From: Clostridium lundense DSM 17049
GTDB taxonomy: Bacteria > Bacillota > Clostridia > Clostridiales > Clostridiaceae
Assembly (NCBI RefSeq): GCF_000619945.1
Contig: NZ_JHVC01000002.1
Location: forward strand, 16,098 to 48,097
DNA length: 32,000 nt
Reading direction: 5' to 3'
This document shows positions 9,143-17,579 of the stretch, piece after piece; within the stretch, counting starts at the first letter, position 1; every line of letters begins with the position of its first letter. The notes beneath the pieces were generated by a model, which saw only the letters and a program-made list of their open reading frames with translations, searched no databases and was not told the origin of the DNA. The position numbers and the translations under genes were made by a program.

Positions 9143-9179
9143 AGGGTTTATCCTTATTAAGGATAAACCCTCATTTTTT
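9143..9179. terminator. Bidirectional terminator
   Basis: GGGTTTATCC (9144-9153) pairs with GGATAAACCC (9161-9170), followed by TCATTTTTT. Confidence 0.8.
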
Positions 9180-9420
9180 AATTAAGTTTACTTTTAAGTT
9201 TTTTTTGATCTTTTTCATCTACAAATGGAGCGTAAAATTCAAATGTTTTTTCATGACCACAGTGTGAACAAACACAACTACATACATCATAAGGAATTCC
9301 ATCTATAAGATCTATTTGTAAGTTATCTGCAAAATATTCTCCTCCACAGACTTCGCAAGGAGTACTATTTATAATATTATATTCGCTTTCAATATATTCC
9401 ATTATTTCCTTTATAGTCAT
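9178..9420 (-). CDS. Small Cys-rich (zinc-ribbon-like) hypothetical protein, 80 aa
   Basis: Start set at MTIKEIMEY, which has a GGAGGC RBS. The upstream extension in the track has none. CxxC motifs are CEVCGG and CSHCGH. Confidence 0.55.
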   Translation of the reverse strand: MTIKEIMEYIESEYNIINSTPCEVCGGEYFADNLQIDLIDGIPYDVCSCVCSHCGHEKTFEFYAPFVDEKDQKKLKSKLN

Positions 9421-9565
9421 AGGAAGCCTCCAATACAACAAATTTATAAATACATTATACATGGTAACACTATTAAAATTTAATTGCAATACAAAGGGGA
9501 TATTACACATATACATTAATTGAGTAATAATTATGAGATATGTAAATATTTAGGAGGAGGAGTAT

Positions 9566-10141
9566 ATGATAAATTATATTTGGTTTTTCATATTGAGTTT
9601 TGGCATTGTTATAGGGCTGATTACTGGAAGAGGAGAAATTATTTCTAAAGCCATATTAGCTTCAACAAATTCTACTGTTGAATTAACAATCAAGTTGTTA
9701 GGAACAATGTGTCTTTGGTGTGGGGTAATGAAAATAGCTGAAAAAAGTGGACTAACTGATAAAATAGCTAAGGTATTAAAGCCTATTTTAAGGTTGATAT
9801 TTAAAAAGGAAGGTAAAAATGAGGAAGCATTAGGAGCTATAGTTATGAATATTACTGCTAATATGATGGGATTATCAAATGCAGCGACCCCATTTGGAAT
9901 CAAAGCTATGGAAAATATGCAGAAATTAAATAATAATAATGATACTGCTACTAATGATATGGCTTTATTTTTAGTTTTAAATGGAGCGTGTATACAATTT
10001 ATACCCACTACTGTAATATCTATAAGAGCAGCGGCAGGATCTAATAGTCCAGGAGAAATAATATTACCTGCTATATTGACTACAGGAATAGCTGCTTTAG
10101 TTGGAGTCATAAGTTGTAAGATATTGCAAAATTATTTTTAG
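9566..10141 (+). CDS. spmA: Spore maturation protein A (nucleoside-recognition domain)
   Basis: A membrane protein whose N-terminus (MINYIWFFIL...LWCGVMKIAEKSGL) closely parallels Bacillus SpmA. It is followed by spmB. Confidence 0.85.
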   Translation: MINYIWFFILSFGIVIGLITGRGEIISKAILASTNSTVELTIKLLGTMCLWCGVMKIAEKSGLTDKIAKVLKPILRLIFKKEGKNEEALGAIVMNITANMMGLSNAATPFGIKAMENMQKLNNNNDTATNDMALFLVLNGACIQFIPTTVISIRAAAGSNSPGEIILPAILTTGIAALVGVISCKILQNYF

Positions 10142-10153
10142 CAGGAGGAGCTC

Positions 10154-10672
10154 ATGAATATAGGAAATATAATAATACCAATAATAATTATTTCAATAGT
10201 TACATATGGAATGTTGAAAGGTGTTAAAGTATACGAATGTTTTATAGAAGGAGCCAAGGATGGTATAACTATATGCTTTAAAATTTTCCCATATCTATTA
10301 GCTATGATACTTGCAGTAGCTGTGCTTAGGGAATCTAAAGCATTGGACTATATAATAATGTTAATAAGTCCAATAGTGAAATATATAGGGCTGCCAGGGG
10401 AAGTAGTGCCGCTTGTATTAATTAAACCACTATCTGGTAGTGGAGCATTAGGAGTATTTACAGATATAATAAACAATTATGGAGCAGATAGCTATATTGG
10501 AAGAATAGCATCTACCATAATGGGATCTACTGAGACTATATTTTATACTCTTACAGTTTATTTTGGAGCGGTAGGTATAAAGAAAATTAGGCATACACTT
10601 TGGGCAGCTATAATTGCAGACTTAACAGCTATAATTATAGCTGTTATAGTGGTAACTTCAATATTTTACTAA
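10154..10672 (+). CDS. spmB: Spore maturation protein B
   Basis: VYECFIEGAKDGI...PLSGSGALGVF matches the SpmB pattern. It is adjacent to and co-oriented with spmA. Confidence 0.85.
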   Translation: MNIGNIIIPIIIISIVTYGMLKGVKVYECFIEGAKDGITICFKIFPYLLAMILAVAVLRESKALDYIIMLISPIVKYIGLPGEVVPLVLIKPLSGSGALGVFTDIINNYGADSYIGRIASTIMGSTETIFYTLTVYFGAVGIKKIRHTLWAAIIADLTAIIIAVIVVTSIFY

Positions 10673-10676
10673 TAAT

Positions 10677-10711
10677 AAAAACCCTATGTTTACAAATTAC
10701 ATAGGGTTTTC
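10677..10711. terminator. Bidirectional terminator
   Basis: CCCTATGT (10682-10689) pairs with ACATAGGG (10699-10706). An A run lies upstream and a T run downstream. Confidence 0.75.
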
Positions 10712-10730
10712 AATATTTGTATATTAGTAT

Positions 10731-12098
10731 TTATGTGTTGGTATTTGTCAAATGGTTTTGGATAAGTTTATTAAATCTTTTTCTAAATAAAGTAATCATA
10801 ATTATTGCATCAATAACCCATTGAATAGATGTTATCCACCAGACATAAGTAACTGATGCTTTTAATGAATATATAAAATATAGCATAAGTGGAAGTCTAA
10901 TAACCCAGTTAGAAATTAAGGCAACTATGAAAGGAGATTTAGTATCCCCAGCACCTTTCAAGGAACCACCAAGTATCATAGAAATACCCATAGCAGGCTG
11001 CTCTATAGATGCTATCATAAGACATAGTGTGCCTAAACCTATTACCTCTATTTCTGCTTTATTTATAAAAAGTGAAATAAGAAATTTAGGAAATAATAAA
11101 AACATTAAACCACACATAAGCATCACAATAGTTCCTAAAATAGTGCAAGTATATGCATATTGTTTGGCTTCAGATAGTTTATTTTCTCCAATTTTATGTC
11201 CAACTAAGGTAGTAGCCGCAATTGCAAAACCAGAACCAGGCATAAAAGAAATTGATTCTATTGTAGTGGTTATTTGATTTGCAGCAAAGGCCACTGCACC
11301 AAGATACATAATCATTACAGTTCCTAATAGTCTTGTTAAATTAAAAGCTGCCTCTTGAAGAGATGAAGGAATGGACAGCTTTAGTAATCTTTTTAATTTG
11401 TTTAGTCTTAAATTTTCAATATACTTAAATCTAGGCTTTACTTGTGAGAATTTTATTGTGTATATAACTATGAAAATAAATCCACTTATATGACCTAGAG
11501 CAGTGGCTATAGCGGCTCCTCTTATACCTAGTTCAGGCAAGCCAAATTTTCCGAAAATTAATGCCCAATCTAAAAACGTGTTTACTATATTTACTATAGC
11601 AGAGGCGATGAGGGGAATTCGAGTATTTTTTGACCCCCTTAATATTGAATTTAGAACATTCATTACCATATTAAAAAATAATCCTATGGATGTTATTCTC
11701 ATATAAATTATTCCTTGGGATAATATTTGATCTCTAGCCCCAGCATAGTATAAAATTTTAGGAGAAAAAGTAAAAGCAGTTATACATATTAAAAGAGATA
11801 AAATAGAGCCGTTTAGTAATCCCATAGTGGCATATTCTTCAGCAACAGATTTTTCATTAGCTCCTAATTTTCTAGATACTAGAGAAACAGTTCCAACTGA
11901 AATTCCAGCAGCAATGAAAATATTACTTAAGGTGTACATTATCTCAGAACTAAGTCCCACAGTACTTACAGCAACTTGTCCACCATATTGACCAACCATC
12001 ATAGTGTCTAAAACCCATATCATCATATATAGAATCATTTCACCTACCGCAGGCAATGCTAGAGATACTACTTCTTTTATAAGTTTTTTGTTAAACAT
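10731..12098 (-). CDS. MATE family efflux transporter
   Basis: 455 aa with 12 predicted TM segments. The N-terminal LALPAVGEMILYMMIWVLDTMMVGQYG pattern is typical of MATE/NorM. Confidence 0.9.
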   Translation of the reverse strand: MFNKKLIKEVVSLALPAVGEMILYMMIWVLDTMMVGQYGGQVAVSTVGLSSEIMYTLSNIFIAAGISVGTVSLVSRKLGANEKSVAEEYATMGLLNGSILSLLICITAFTFSPKILYYAGARDQILSQGIIYMRITSIGLFFNMVMNVLNSILRGSKNTRIPLIASAIVNIVNTFLDWALIFGKFGLPELGIRGAAIATALGHISGFIFIVIYTIKFSQVKPRFKYIENLRLNKLKRLLKLSIPSSLQEAAFNLTRLLGTVMIMYLGAVAFAANQITTTIESISFMPGSGFAIAATTLVGHKIGENKLSEAKQYAYTCTILGTIVMLMCGLMFLLFPKFLISLFINKAEIEVIGLGTLCLMIASIEQPAMGISMILGGSLKGAGDTKSPFIVALISNWVIRLPLMLYFIYSLKASVTYVWWITSIQWVIDAIIMITLFRKRFNKLIQNHLTNTNT

Positions 12099-12192
12099 AA
12101 ATTCCTCCCATTTTAAAACTTTTATTGTGACAAATATTATAATTAGAGTAAAATAAAGATATAAATATTATAATATAAAATTTCAGTTTGAG

Positions 12193-12768
12193 GTGACAAA
12201 ATTGTTGAAATGGAAAGAACTTTATGATGAATGTTTAAATTGTAATAAATGTGAACTTAAAAATAGCAGAAATAATATGGTATTTGGAGAGGGAAATCCT
12301 AGATCTAGACTTATGTTTATAGGAGAAGCACCTGGTGCAGACGAGGATAGATTAGGGAGGCCTTTTGTTGGTAGAGCAGGTATGCTCTTAACAAAGGGAT
12401 TAACAGCACTAGACTTAATAAGAGAGAGGGATTATTATATATGTAATATATGTAAATGTAGACCTGAAAATAATAGAACACCTAATGAAGTGGAGGCAGA
12501 AGCATGTTTACCTTACTTAAGGAATCAAGTTGCATTAATAAAGCCAAAAATTATTATATGTTTAGGATCCACTGCTATGAAATATATACTTGGTTCTGAT
12601 TGGAGAATAACTAGAGATAGAGGTAAGTGGATTGAGAGAAAGGGATGTTACATAATGCCTACCTTTCATCCAGCAGCTCTTTTTAGAGATGAGAGTAAAA
12701 AAATATTATTTTGGCAGGATTTAAAAAGTGTTAAAAGAAAATTTGATGAATTAAGAAACGATTTATAG
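12193..12768 (+). CDS. Family 4 uracil-DNA glycosylase (exact start uncertain: GTG 12193 or TTG 12202)
   Basis: Has the Cys cluster CxxCxL and motif A, GEGNPRSRLMFIGEAPG, plus HPAA near the C-terminus. Confidence 0.88.
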   Translation: MTKLLKWKELYDECLNCNKCELKNSRNNMVFGEGNPRSRLMFIGEAPGADEDRLGRPFVGRAGMLLTKGLTALDLIRERDYYICNICKCRPENNRTPNEVEAEACLPYLRNQVALIKPKIIICLGSTAMKYILGSDWRITRDRGKWIERKGCYIMPTFHPAALFRDESKKILFWQDLKSVKRKFDELRNDL

Positions 12769-12812
12769 TATATTTAAAAACAATTATGGAAATAATAAAT
12801 GAAATAAAGTGG

Positions 12813-12841
12813 TTGACAGTAAAATTTATATATATTATGAT
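12813..12841 (+). promoter_or_regulatory. SigmaA-type promoter of the metG leader
   Basis: TTGACA (12813-12818), a 17-nt spacer and TATGAT (12836-12841). Confidence 0.7.
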
Positions 12842-12847
12842 TAAACT

Positions 12848-13113
12848 TGAAATGCAATGATGGGAAGAGTAATAAATGAAACTGTTTAAAAGAGAGCTGG
12901 AAATAGGTGAAAGCCAGTAATAGGGAAGTTTATGAACATGGCCCCAGAGCATATTACTCAAAATTAAAGTAGAGTAATACGGGAAGCAACCGTTATATTG
13001 CAGAGTGATTATATAGTCACTTCATAAGGTTTTATTTGTGAAAATGAAACGAACTAGAGTGGTAACGCGTTAAATACGCCTCTATGCAGTTTATACTGTA
13101 TAGAGGTTTTTTT
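12848..13113 (+). promoter_or_regulatory. T-box riboswitch leader, Met specifier (AUG)
   Basis: AGAGAG is at 12891-12896 in stem I. The specifier AUG at 12932-12934 is followed by a purine. The T-box sequence AACTAGAGTGGTAACGCG is at 13052-13069. The terminator has a 12-bp stem at 13079-13106 plus a T run to 13113. It sits directly upstream of metG. Confidence 0.9.
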
Positions 13114-13181
13114 AGTTTATAAATAACAGAATATGAAGTATAAATTATACATTATTTAAAATAAATAAAGGAGGGGTTTTC

Positions 13182-15122
13182 ATGGAAAAGAAAACTTTTT
13201 ATATTACTACACCTATATATTATCCATCAGCAAATCTACACATAGGAAATACTTATACAACTATAGCAGCTGATGCATTAGCTAGATTTAAAAGACTTAC
13301 AGGATATGATGTAATGTTCTTAACAGGAACAGATGAGCATGGACAAAAAATTCAAAGATTAGCAGAAGCTAAAGGCGTAACTCCAAAGGAATATGTAGAT
13401 AAAATAGTTGCAGGAATCAAAGATTTATGGGAAATGATGAATGTAAGTTATGATAAATTTATCAGAACTACTGATGATTATCATGTAAGTGCTGTTCAAC
13501 AGATTTTTAAGCAATTATATGATCAAGGAGACATATATAAAAGCGAATATGAAGGATGGTATTGTACACCTTGTGAGTCTTTCTGGACAGAAACTCAGTT
13601 GCAAGATGGAAAATGTCCTGATTGTGGAAGACCAGTAGAAAAAGCTAAGGAAGAAGCATACTTCTTTAAAATGTCAAAATATGCACCTAAGCTTATAGAG
13701 TATATAGAAACTCATCCTGAATTCATTCAACCAGAGTCAAGAAAAAATGAAATGTTAAATAACTTCTTAAAACCAGGATTACAAGATCTTTGTGTATCAA
13801 GAACTACATTTGATTGGGGAGTTCCTGTAACTTTTGATGAAAAACATGTTATATATGTATGGATAGATGCATTAGCTAATTATATAACAGCACTAGGGTA
13901 TAATGGTGAAAATCAGGATTTATTAAATAAATACTGGCCAGCAGATGTACACCTTGTTGGAAAGGATATCTTAAGATTCCATACAATATACTGGCCAATA
14001 ATGTTAATGGCGTTAGGATTACCACTACCAAAGCAAGTATTTGGTCATGGATGGCTACTAGTCGATGGAGGAAAAATGTCAAAGTCAAAGGGTAATGTAG
14101 TAGATCCTGTGGTGCTTGTAAATCATTTTGGAACAGATCCAGTAAGATATTATCTTTTAAGAGAAATACCTTTTGGAGCAGATGGTATATTCAATAATGA
14201 AATATTTATAAAGAAGATAAATTCAGATTTAGCTAATGATTTAGGGAATCTTTTATCAAGAACTACAGCTATGATTGAAAAGTATTTTGACGGAACAATG
14301 CCAGCTCAATTAGCTAAAGAAGATATAGATGACAGTCTAATAGAATTAGCCTTAGATACACATAAGAAGGTAGAAAAACATATAGATAGTTTAAGAATAC
14401 CAGAAGCTTTAGATGAAATTTGGGCACTTATAGGAAGAGCTAATAAATATATAGATGAAACTACACCATGGATATTAGCTAAAGATGAAACTAAGAAAGA
14501 AAGACTAGGAACTGTTCTTTATAATTTAGCAGAAACTCTAAGGATAGTTTCAGTATTAATATCAGCATTCTTGCCAGAAACTAGCATAAAAATAAATAAA
14601 CAGTTGAATATAGAACTTACTACTTGGGAGAGTATATCATCTTTTGATGGTACAAGAGCAGGAACTAAGATAATTAAGGGAGAAGCAATATTCCCAAGAA
14701 TAGATGTAGAAGCTAAAATTGAAGAATTAAATAAATTAAAAGAAGAGCAAATGAAGGCTAATGCACCAAAGTCACAAATGCAACCTTTAAAAGAAGAAAT
14801 AGCTATAGAGGACTTTGAAAAAGTTGACTTAAGAGTAGTAAAGGTTTTAGAATGTGAGCCTGTAAAGGGAGCAAAAAAACTTCTTAAGTTAAAAGTAAAC
14901 TTAGGTGGAGAAGAAAGACAAGTAATATCAGGAATAGCAAAATACTACAAACCAGAAGAGTTAGTTGGAAAATATGTGGTTCTTGTAGCAAACTTGAAAC
15001 CTGCAAAATTAAGAGGAGAAATTTCACAAGGAATGATTTTAGCTGCTTCAACTGATGATGATAGTAAATTATTCGCAGTTACTATTCCAGAAGAACTTCC
15101 AACTGGTAGTATTGTAAGATAA
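13182..15122 (+). CDS. metG: Methionine--tRNA ligase with a C-terminal tRNA-binding (EMAP-like) domain
   Basis: The HIGN variant of the HIGH motif (PSANLHIGNTYT), KMSKS (GKMSKSKGN) and a zinc knuckle (CTPCE...CPDCG). 646 aa. Confidence 0.98.
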   Translation: MEKKTFYITTPIYYPSANLHIGNTYTTIAADALARFKRLTGYDVMFLTGTDEHGQKIQRLAEAKGVTPKEYVDKIVAGIKDLWEMMNVSYDKFIRTTDDYHVSAVQQIFKQLYDQGDIYKSEYEGWYCTPCESFWTETQLQDGKCPDCGRPVEKAKEEAYFFKMSKYAPKLIEYIETHPEFIQPESRKNEMLNNFLKPGLQDLCVSRTTFDWGVPVTFDEKHVIYVWIDALANYITALGYNGENQDLLNKYWPADVHLVGKDILRFHTIYWPIMLMALGLPLPKQVFGHGWLLVDGGKMSKSKGNVVDPVVLVNHFGTDPVRYYLLREIPFGADGIFNNEIFIKKINSDLANDLGNLLSRTTAMIEKYFDGTMPAQLAKEDIDDSLIELALDTHKKVEKHIDSLRIPEALDEIWALIGRANKYIDETTPWILAKDETKKERLGTVLYNLAETLRIVSVLISAFLPETSIKINKQLNIELTTWESISSFDGTRAGTKIIKGEAIFPRIDVEAKIEELNKLKEEQMKANAPKSQMQPLKEEIAIEDFEKVDLRVVKVLECEPVKGAKKLLKLKVNLGGEERQVISGIAKYYKPEELVGKYVVLVANLKPAKLRGEISQGMILAASTDDDSKLFAVTIPEELPTGSIVR

Positions 15123-15130
15123 ACAGAATT

Positions 15131-15253
15131 CTAAGCTTCGGAATGAGTTTTTACTCCCTCTGAAGCTTAGAAATCGTTATCCAGGGACGTAGCCGCTCTT
15201 TACTTCCACTTTGAAGAAGAGGGGAGTATTAGAGCGGGTAGTCATCGGATAAA
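15131..15253 (+). repeat. Unassigned structured repeat or ncRNA candidate, copy 1
   Basis: Aligns without gaps to 18671-18793 (103/122 identical over 15132-15253). It folds as two hairpin domains. All stem substitutions keep + strand pairing through G.U. Confidence 0.65.
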
Positions 15254-15254
15254 A

Positions 15255-15289
15255 AATTAATCCCCTTTTATTAGGGGATTAATTTTTTT
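15255..15289 (+). terminator. Rho-independent terminator (metG transcript)
   Basis: AATTAATCCCCT (15255-15266) pairs with AGGGGATTAATT (15273-15284), followed by TTTTT. Confidence 0.9.
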
Positions 15290-15382
15290 ATAATTTGTGA
15301 AATTGTAGAAAATTAATATGATTTTTAGTATAATTAAAATGAATTTTTCAACTAATGATATTAATGTAGGGAGAAACTAATT

Positions 15383-16318
15383 ATGAAAAGAATAATATAT
15401 AAAATCACTTATTCTTTATTTATATTGCTGTTTTTTTTGGGTATGGAGGTAAAAGCAGCAGGTTCCAGTAATATAAATTGGAATAGTTATTATCCAAACT
15501 ATAAGACATTTACCAAGTTTAATGATGTACCTATAGATAAGAAATTCACAATTCGATTTTCAAAAAGTTTAGATAAAAATCTGGTAAATAGTAGTTTAAT
15601 AGAAATAAAGGATAGCAATATGAATAGCATTCCTATTACTATCAATATAAAAAATGATAAAATTGAGGTTATTCCCAAGAGCAATTTAAATTATGGACAA
15701 GCATATTGTTTAATTATAAATAGCAATAAAAATAAAAAAGGATGGATAAAGTATGGGGCGATTTCTCCAATTAAGGTTAAAACAATAGCTCCTTTACCAA
15801 ATGATAATACTAATGAAGTTAAGGAACTTTCCCAACAGGAGTTTATAGATTTGGTATCTGCTGGAGCAATGAAAACTTATAAAAAATATGGTGTTATTCC
15901 TTCTGTAACTATAGCTCAAGCAATTTTAGAAAGTAATTGGGGGAAAAGTGACAAGGCCGTACAATGCAACAATATTTTTGGAATAAAAGCAGATAAAAGC
16001 TGGACAGGTGAGAAAAAGGAGCTTCCAACAACAGAATGGATAAATGGGAAATTAGTTCCAGCAATGGCCGAGTGGAGAGCATACCCTTCTTTTGACGAAT
16101 CTATAGAAGATCATGGTCAATTTTTGTATACAAGACCTCGATATGCTGATGCAGGGGTATTTGAGGCTACAAATTATAAAGAACAGATAATTGCTATAAA
16201 AAACGCAGGATATGCTACAGATCCTAAGTATGCAGAAAAGATTTGTAGTTTAATTGAAAGATATACATTGTGGAAATATGATGAAAATGGAAAAGATTTA
16301 TCAGAAAAACTTCAATAA
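15383..16318 (+). CDS. Secreted GH73 N-acetylglucosaminidase with an N-terminal Ig-like (SbsA-type) domain
   Basis: Has a signal peptide. IPSVTIAQAILESNWGKS...NNIFGIKA...AGYATDPKYAEK is a canonical GH73 glucosaminidase pattern. The N-terminal domain resembles that of the 7641 gene. Confidence 0.85.
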   Translation: MKRIIYKITYSLFILLFFLGMEVKAAGSSNINWNSYYPNYKTFTKFNDVPIDKKFTIRFSKSLDKNLVNSSLIEIKDSNMNSIPITINIKNDKIEVIPKSNLNYGQAYCLIINSNKNKKGWIKYGAISPIKVKTIAPLPNDNTNEVKELSQQEFIDLVSAGAMKTYKKYGVIPSVTIAQAILESNWGKSDKAVQCNNIFGIKADKSWTGEKKELPTTEWINGKLVPAMAEWRAYPSFDESIEDHGQFLYTRPRYADAGVFEATNYKEQIIAIKNAGYATDPKYAEKICSLIERYTLWKYDENGKDLSEKLQ

Positions 16319-16325
16319 AAGATGA

Positions 16326-16354
16326 AAAAGCCGTTAATTTAATAACGGTTTTTT
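16326..16354 (+). terminator. Rho-independent terminator
   Basis: CCGTTA (16331-16336) pairs with TAACGG (16343-16348). The stem is extended by A/T pairs and followed by a T run. Confidence 0.7.
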
Positions 16355-16511
16355 ATTTTTCATATTTATAATTTGAAAATTTATTTTAAGTTTCCTTCTA
16401 GTGAAACGAGGAAAAAGTCTTTGTATTTGCAAAGCTGTACTCTAAAAAAGTTGCATCGCAATGTTTTTATATTATAATATAAAATTAAGTATATATTTAG
16501 GAGGAAGATCA

Positions 16512-17279
16512 ATGTTTATATTTGATTCACATGCACATTATGATGATGAGTCCTTTGATGAAGATAGAGAATTAGTAATAAAAGAATTAAAAGAAAATAA
16601 TATAATAGGAGTATTGAACTGTGGAGCATCCTTACAGGGGGCTAGAGATTCTGTAAAGCTTGCTAAAGAAAATAGTTTCTTTTATGCAGCAGTGGGTATA
16701 CACCCCGAATTTGCCAATGAAGTAGGTGATTTAGCTTTAAATGAATTAAGAGAGCTTAGTAAACATGAGAAGGTAAGGGCTATAGGAGAAATAGGACTTG
16801 ATTATTATTATGATGAAAATCCATCAAGAGAAGTACAAAAAACTGCTTTTATAAAGCAAATGGAGTTAGCACAGGAACTCAAACTTCCGGTAATAATACA
16901 TAATAGGGATGCCCATGAGGATACACTTGAAATTTTAAAGATGTTTCCAGAAGTAAAGGGAGTAATACATTGCTTTTCTGGTAGTGTAGAAATTGCAAGG
17001 GAGTGCTTAAAGTTAGGATATTATATAGGCTTTACAGGTGTAATAACCTTTAAAAATGCTAGGAAAATAGTAGATGTAGCAAAAGAGGTACCACTAGATA
17101 GGATTTTAGTTGAGACGGATTGTCCTTATATGGCACCTGTACCTTACAGAGGGAAGAGAAATAGGTCTGAATACATAAAATACATTATAGAGCAGTTGGC
17201 ACAAGTTAAGGATTTAGAACCGGAAAATGTAAGTGAACAAACTATTTTAAATGTTAATAAGTTGCTAAATTTAAAATAA
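16512..17279 (+). CDS. tatD: TatD family metal-dependent hydrolase/DNase (YabD)
   Basis: MFIFDSHAHYDDE...GEIGLDYYY...IIHNRDAHEDT...VIHCFSG...VETDCPYMAP. Start moved to the ATG at 16512, which follows a TAGGAGGAAG RBS. Confidence 0.93.
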   Translation: MFIFDSHAHYDDESFDEDRELVIKELKENNIIGVLNCGASLQGARDSVKLAKENSFFYAAVGIHPEFANEVGDLALNELRELSKHEKVRAIGEIGLDYYYDENPSREVQKTAFIKQMELAQELKLPVIIHNRDAHEDTLEILKMFPEVKGVIHCFSGSVEIARECLKLGYYIGFTGVITFKNARKIVDVAKEVPLDRILVETDCPYMAPVPYRGKRNRSEYIKYIIEQLAQVKDLEPENVSEQTILNVNKLLNLK

Positions 17280-17512
17280 TAGTGTAAAATATGTTTATGT
17301 AACTTTAGAAAAGTAAATTAATTGTAATTAATGGGATAAAAATACTTTTTTGGTACAAGTGATTAAAATAAAAATAACAGGCATATAATATAATAAGTTT
17401 TACTAAGTTATTCCACCTAATTTGGGCTGTCAAATATGTTAAAACCGCAATCATTTTTTTTTATATATTTATGCACAGTGTTGCATTAGACAGTCGAAAA
17501 TTTTAAGGAAAT

Positions 17513-17541
17513 TTGACAAAACGTAATTTGAACATTATAAT
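17513..17541 (+). promoter_or_regulatory. Consensus sigmaA promoter upstream of yabE
   Basis: TTGACA (17513-17518), a 17-nt spacer and TATAAT (17536-17541). Confidence 0.7.
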
Positions 17542-17547
17542 GTTCAA
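17528..17547. promoter_or_regulatory. Perfect 20-bp palindrome (candidate operator) overlapping the -10 element
   Basis: TTGAACATTATAATGTTCAA is identical to its own reverse complement. It covers the -10 hexamer. Confidence 0.5.
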
Positions 17548-17579
17548 TTGTCTGCGCGTTTTGCCAAAGGGAGGTTTTT

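Noticed and set aside
12731-12961. A 76-aa minus-strand ORF between the UDG gene and metG
   Set aside because: It overlaps the stem I and specifier region of a well-supported T-box leader on the + strand, and it has no RBS.
17280-17512. Possible c-di-AMP (ydaO-type) riboswitch in the 300-bp region upstream of yabE
   Set aside because: yabE and Rpf-like genes are known ydaO-riboswitch targets. However, I could not find the conserved ACGGGGA/CCCGA or GGGGUGAAUC-type core segments, or the pseudo-two-fold architecture. In addition, the best promoter (17513-17541) lies downstream of most of this region.
17528-17547. LexA (Cheo box) interpretation of the GAAC...GTTC palindrome
   Set aside because: The Firmicutes LexA consensus is GAAC-N4-GTTC. 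Here the half-sites are separated by 8 nt, so the site is kept as an unassigned operator candidate instead.
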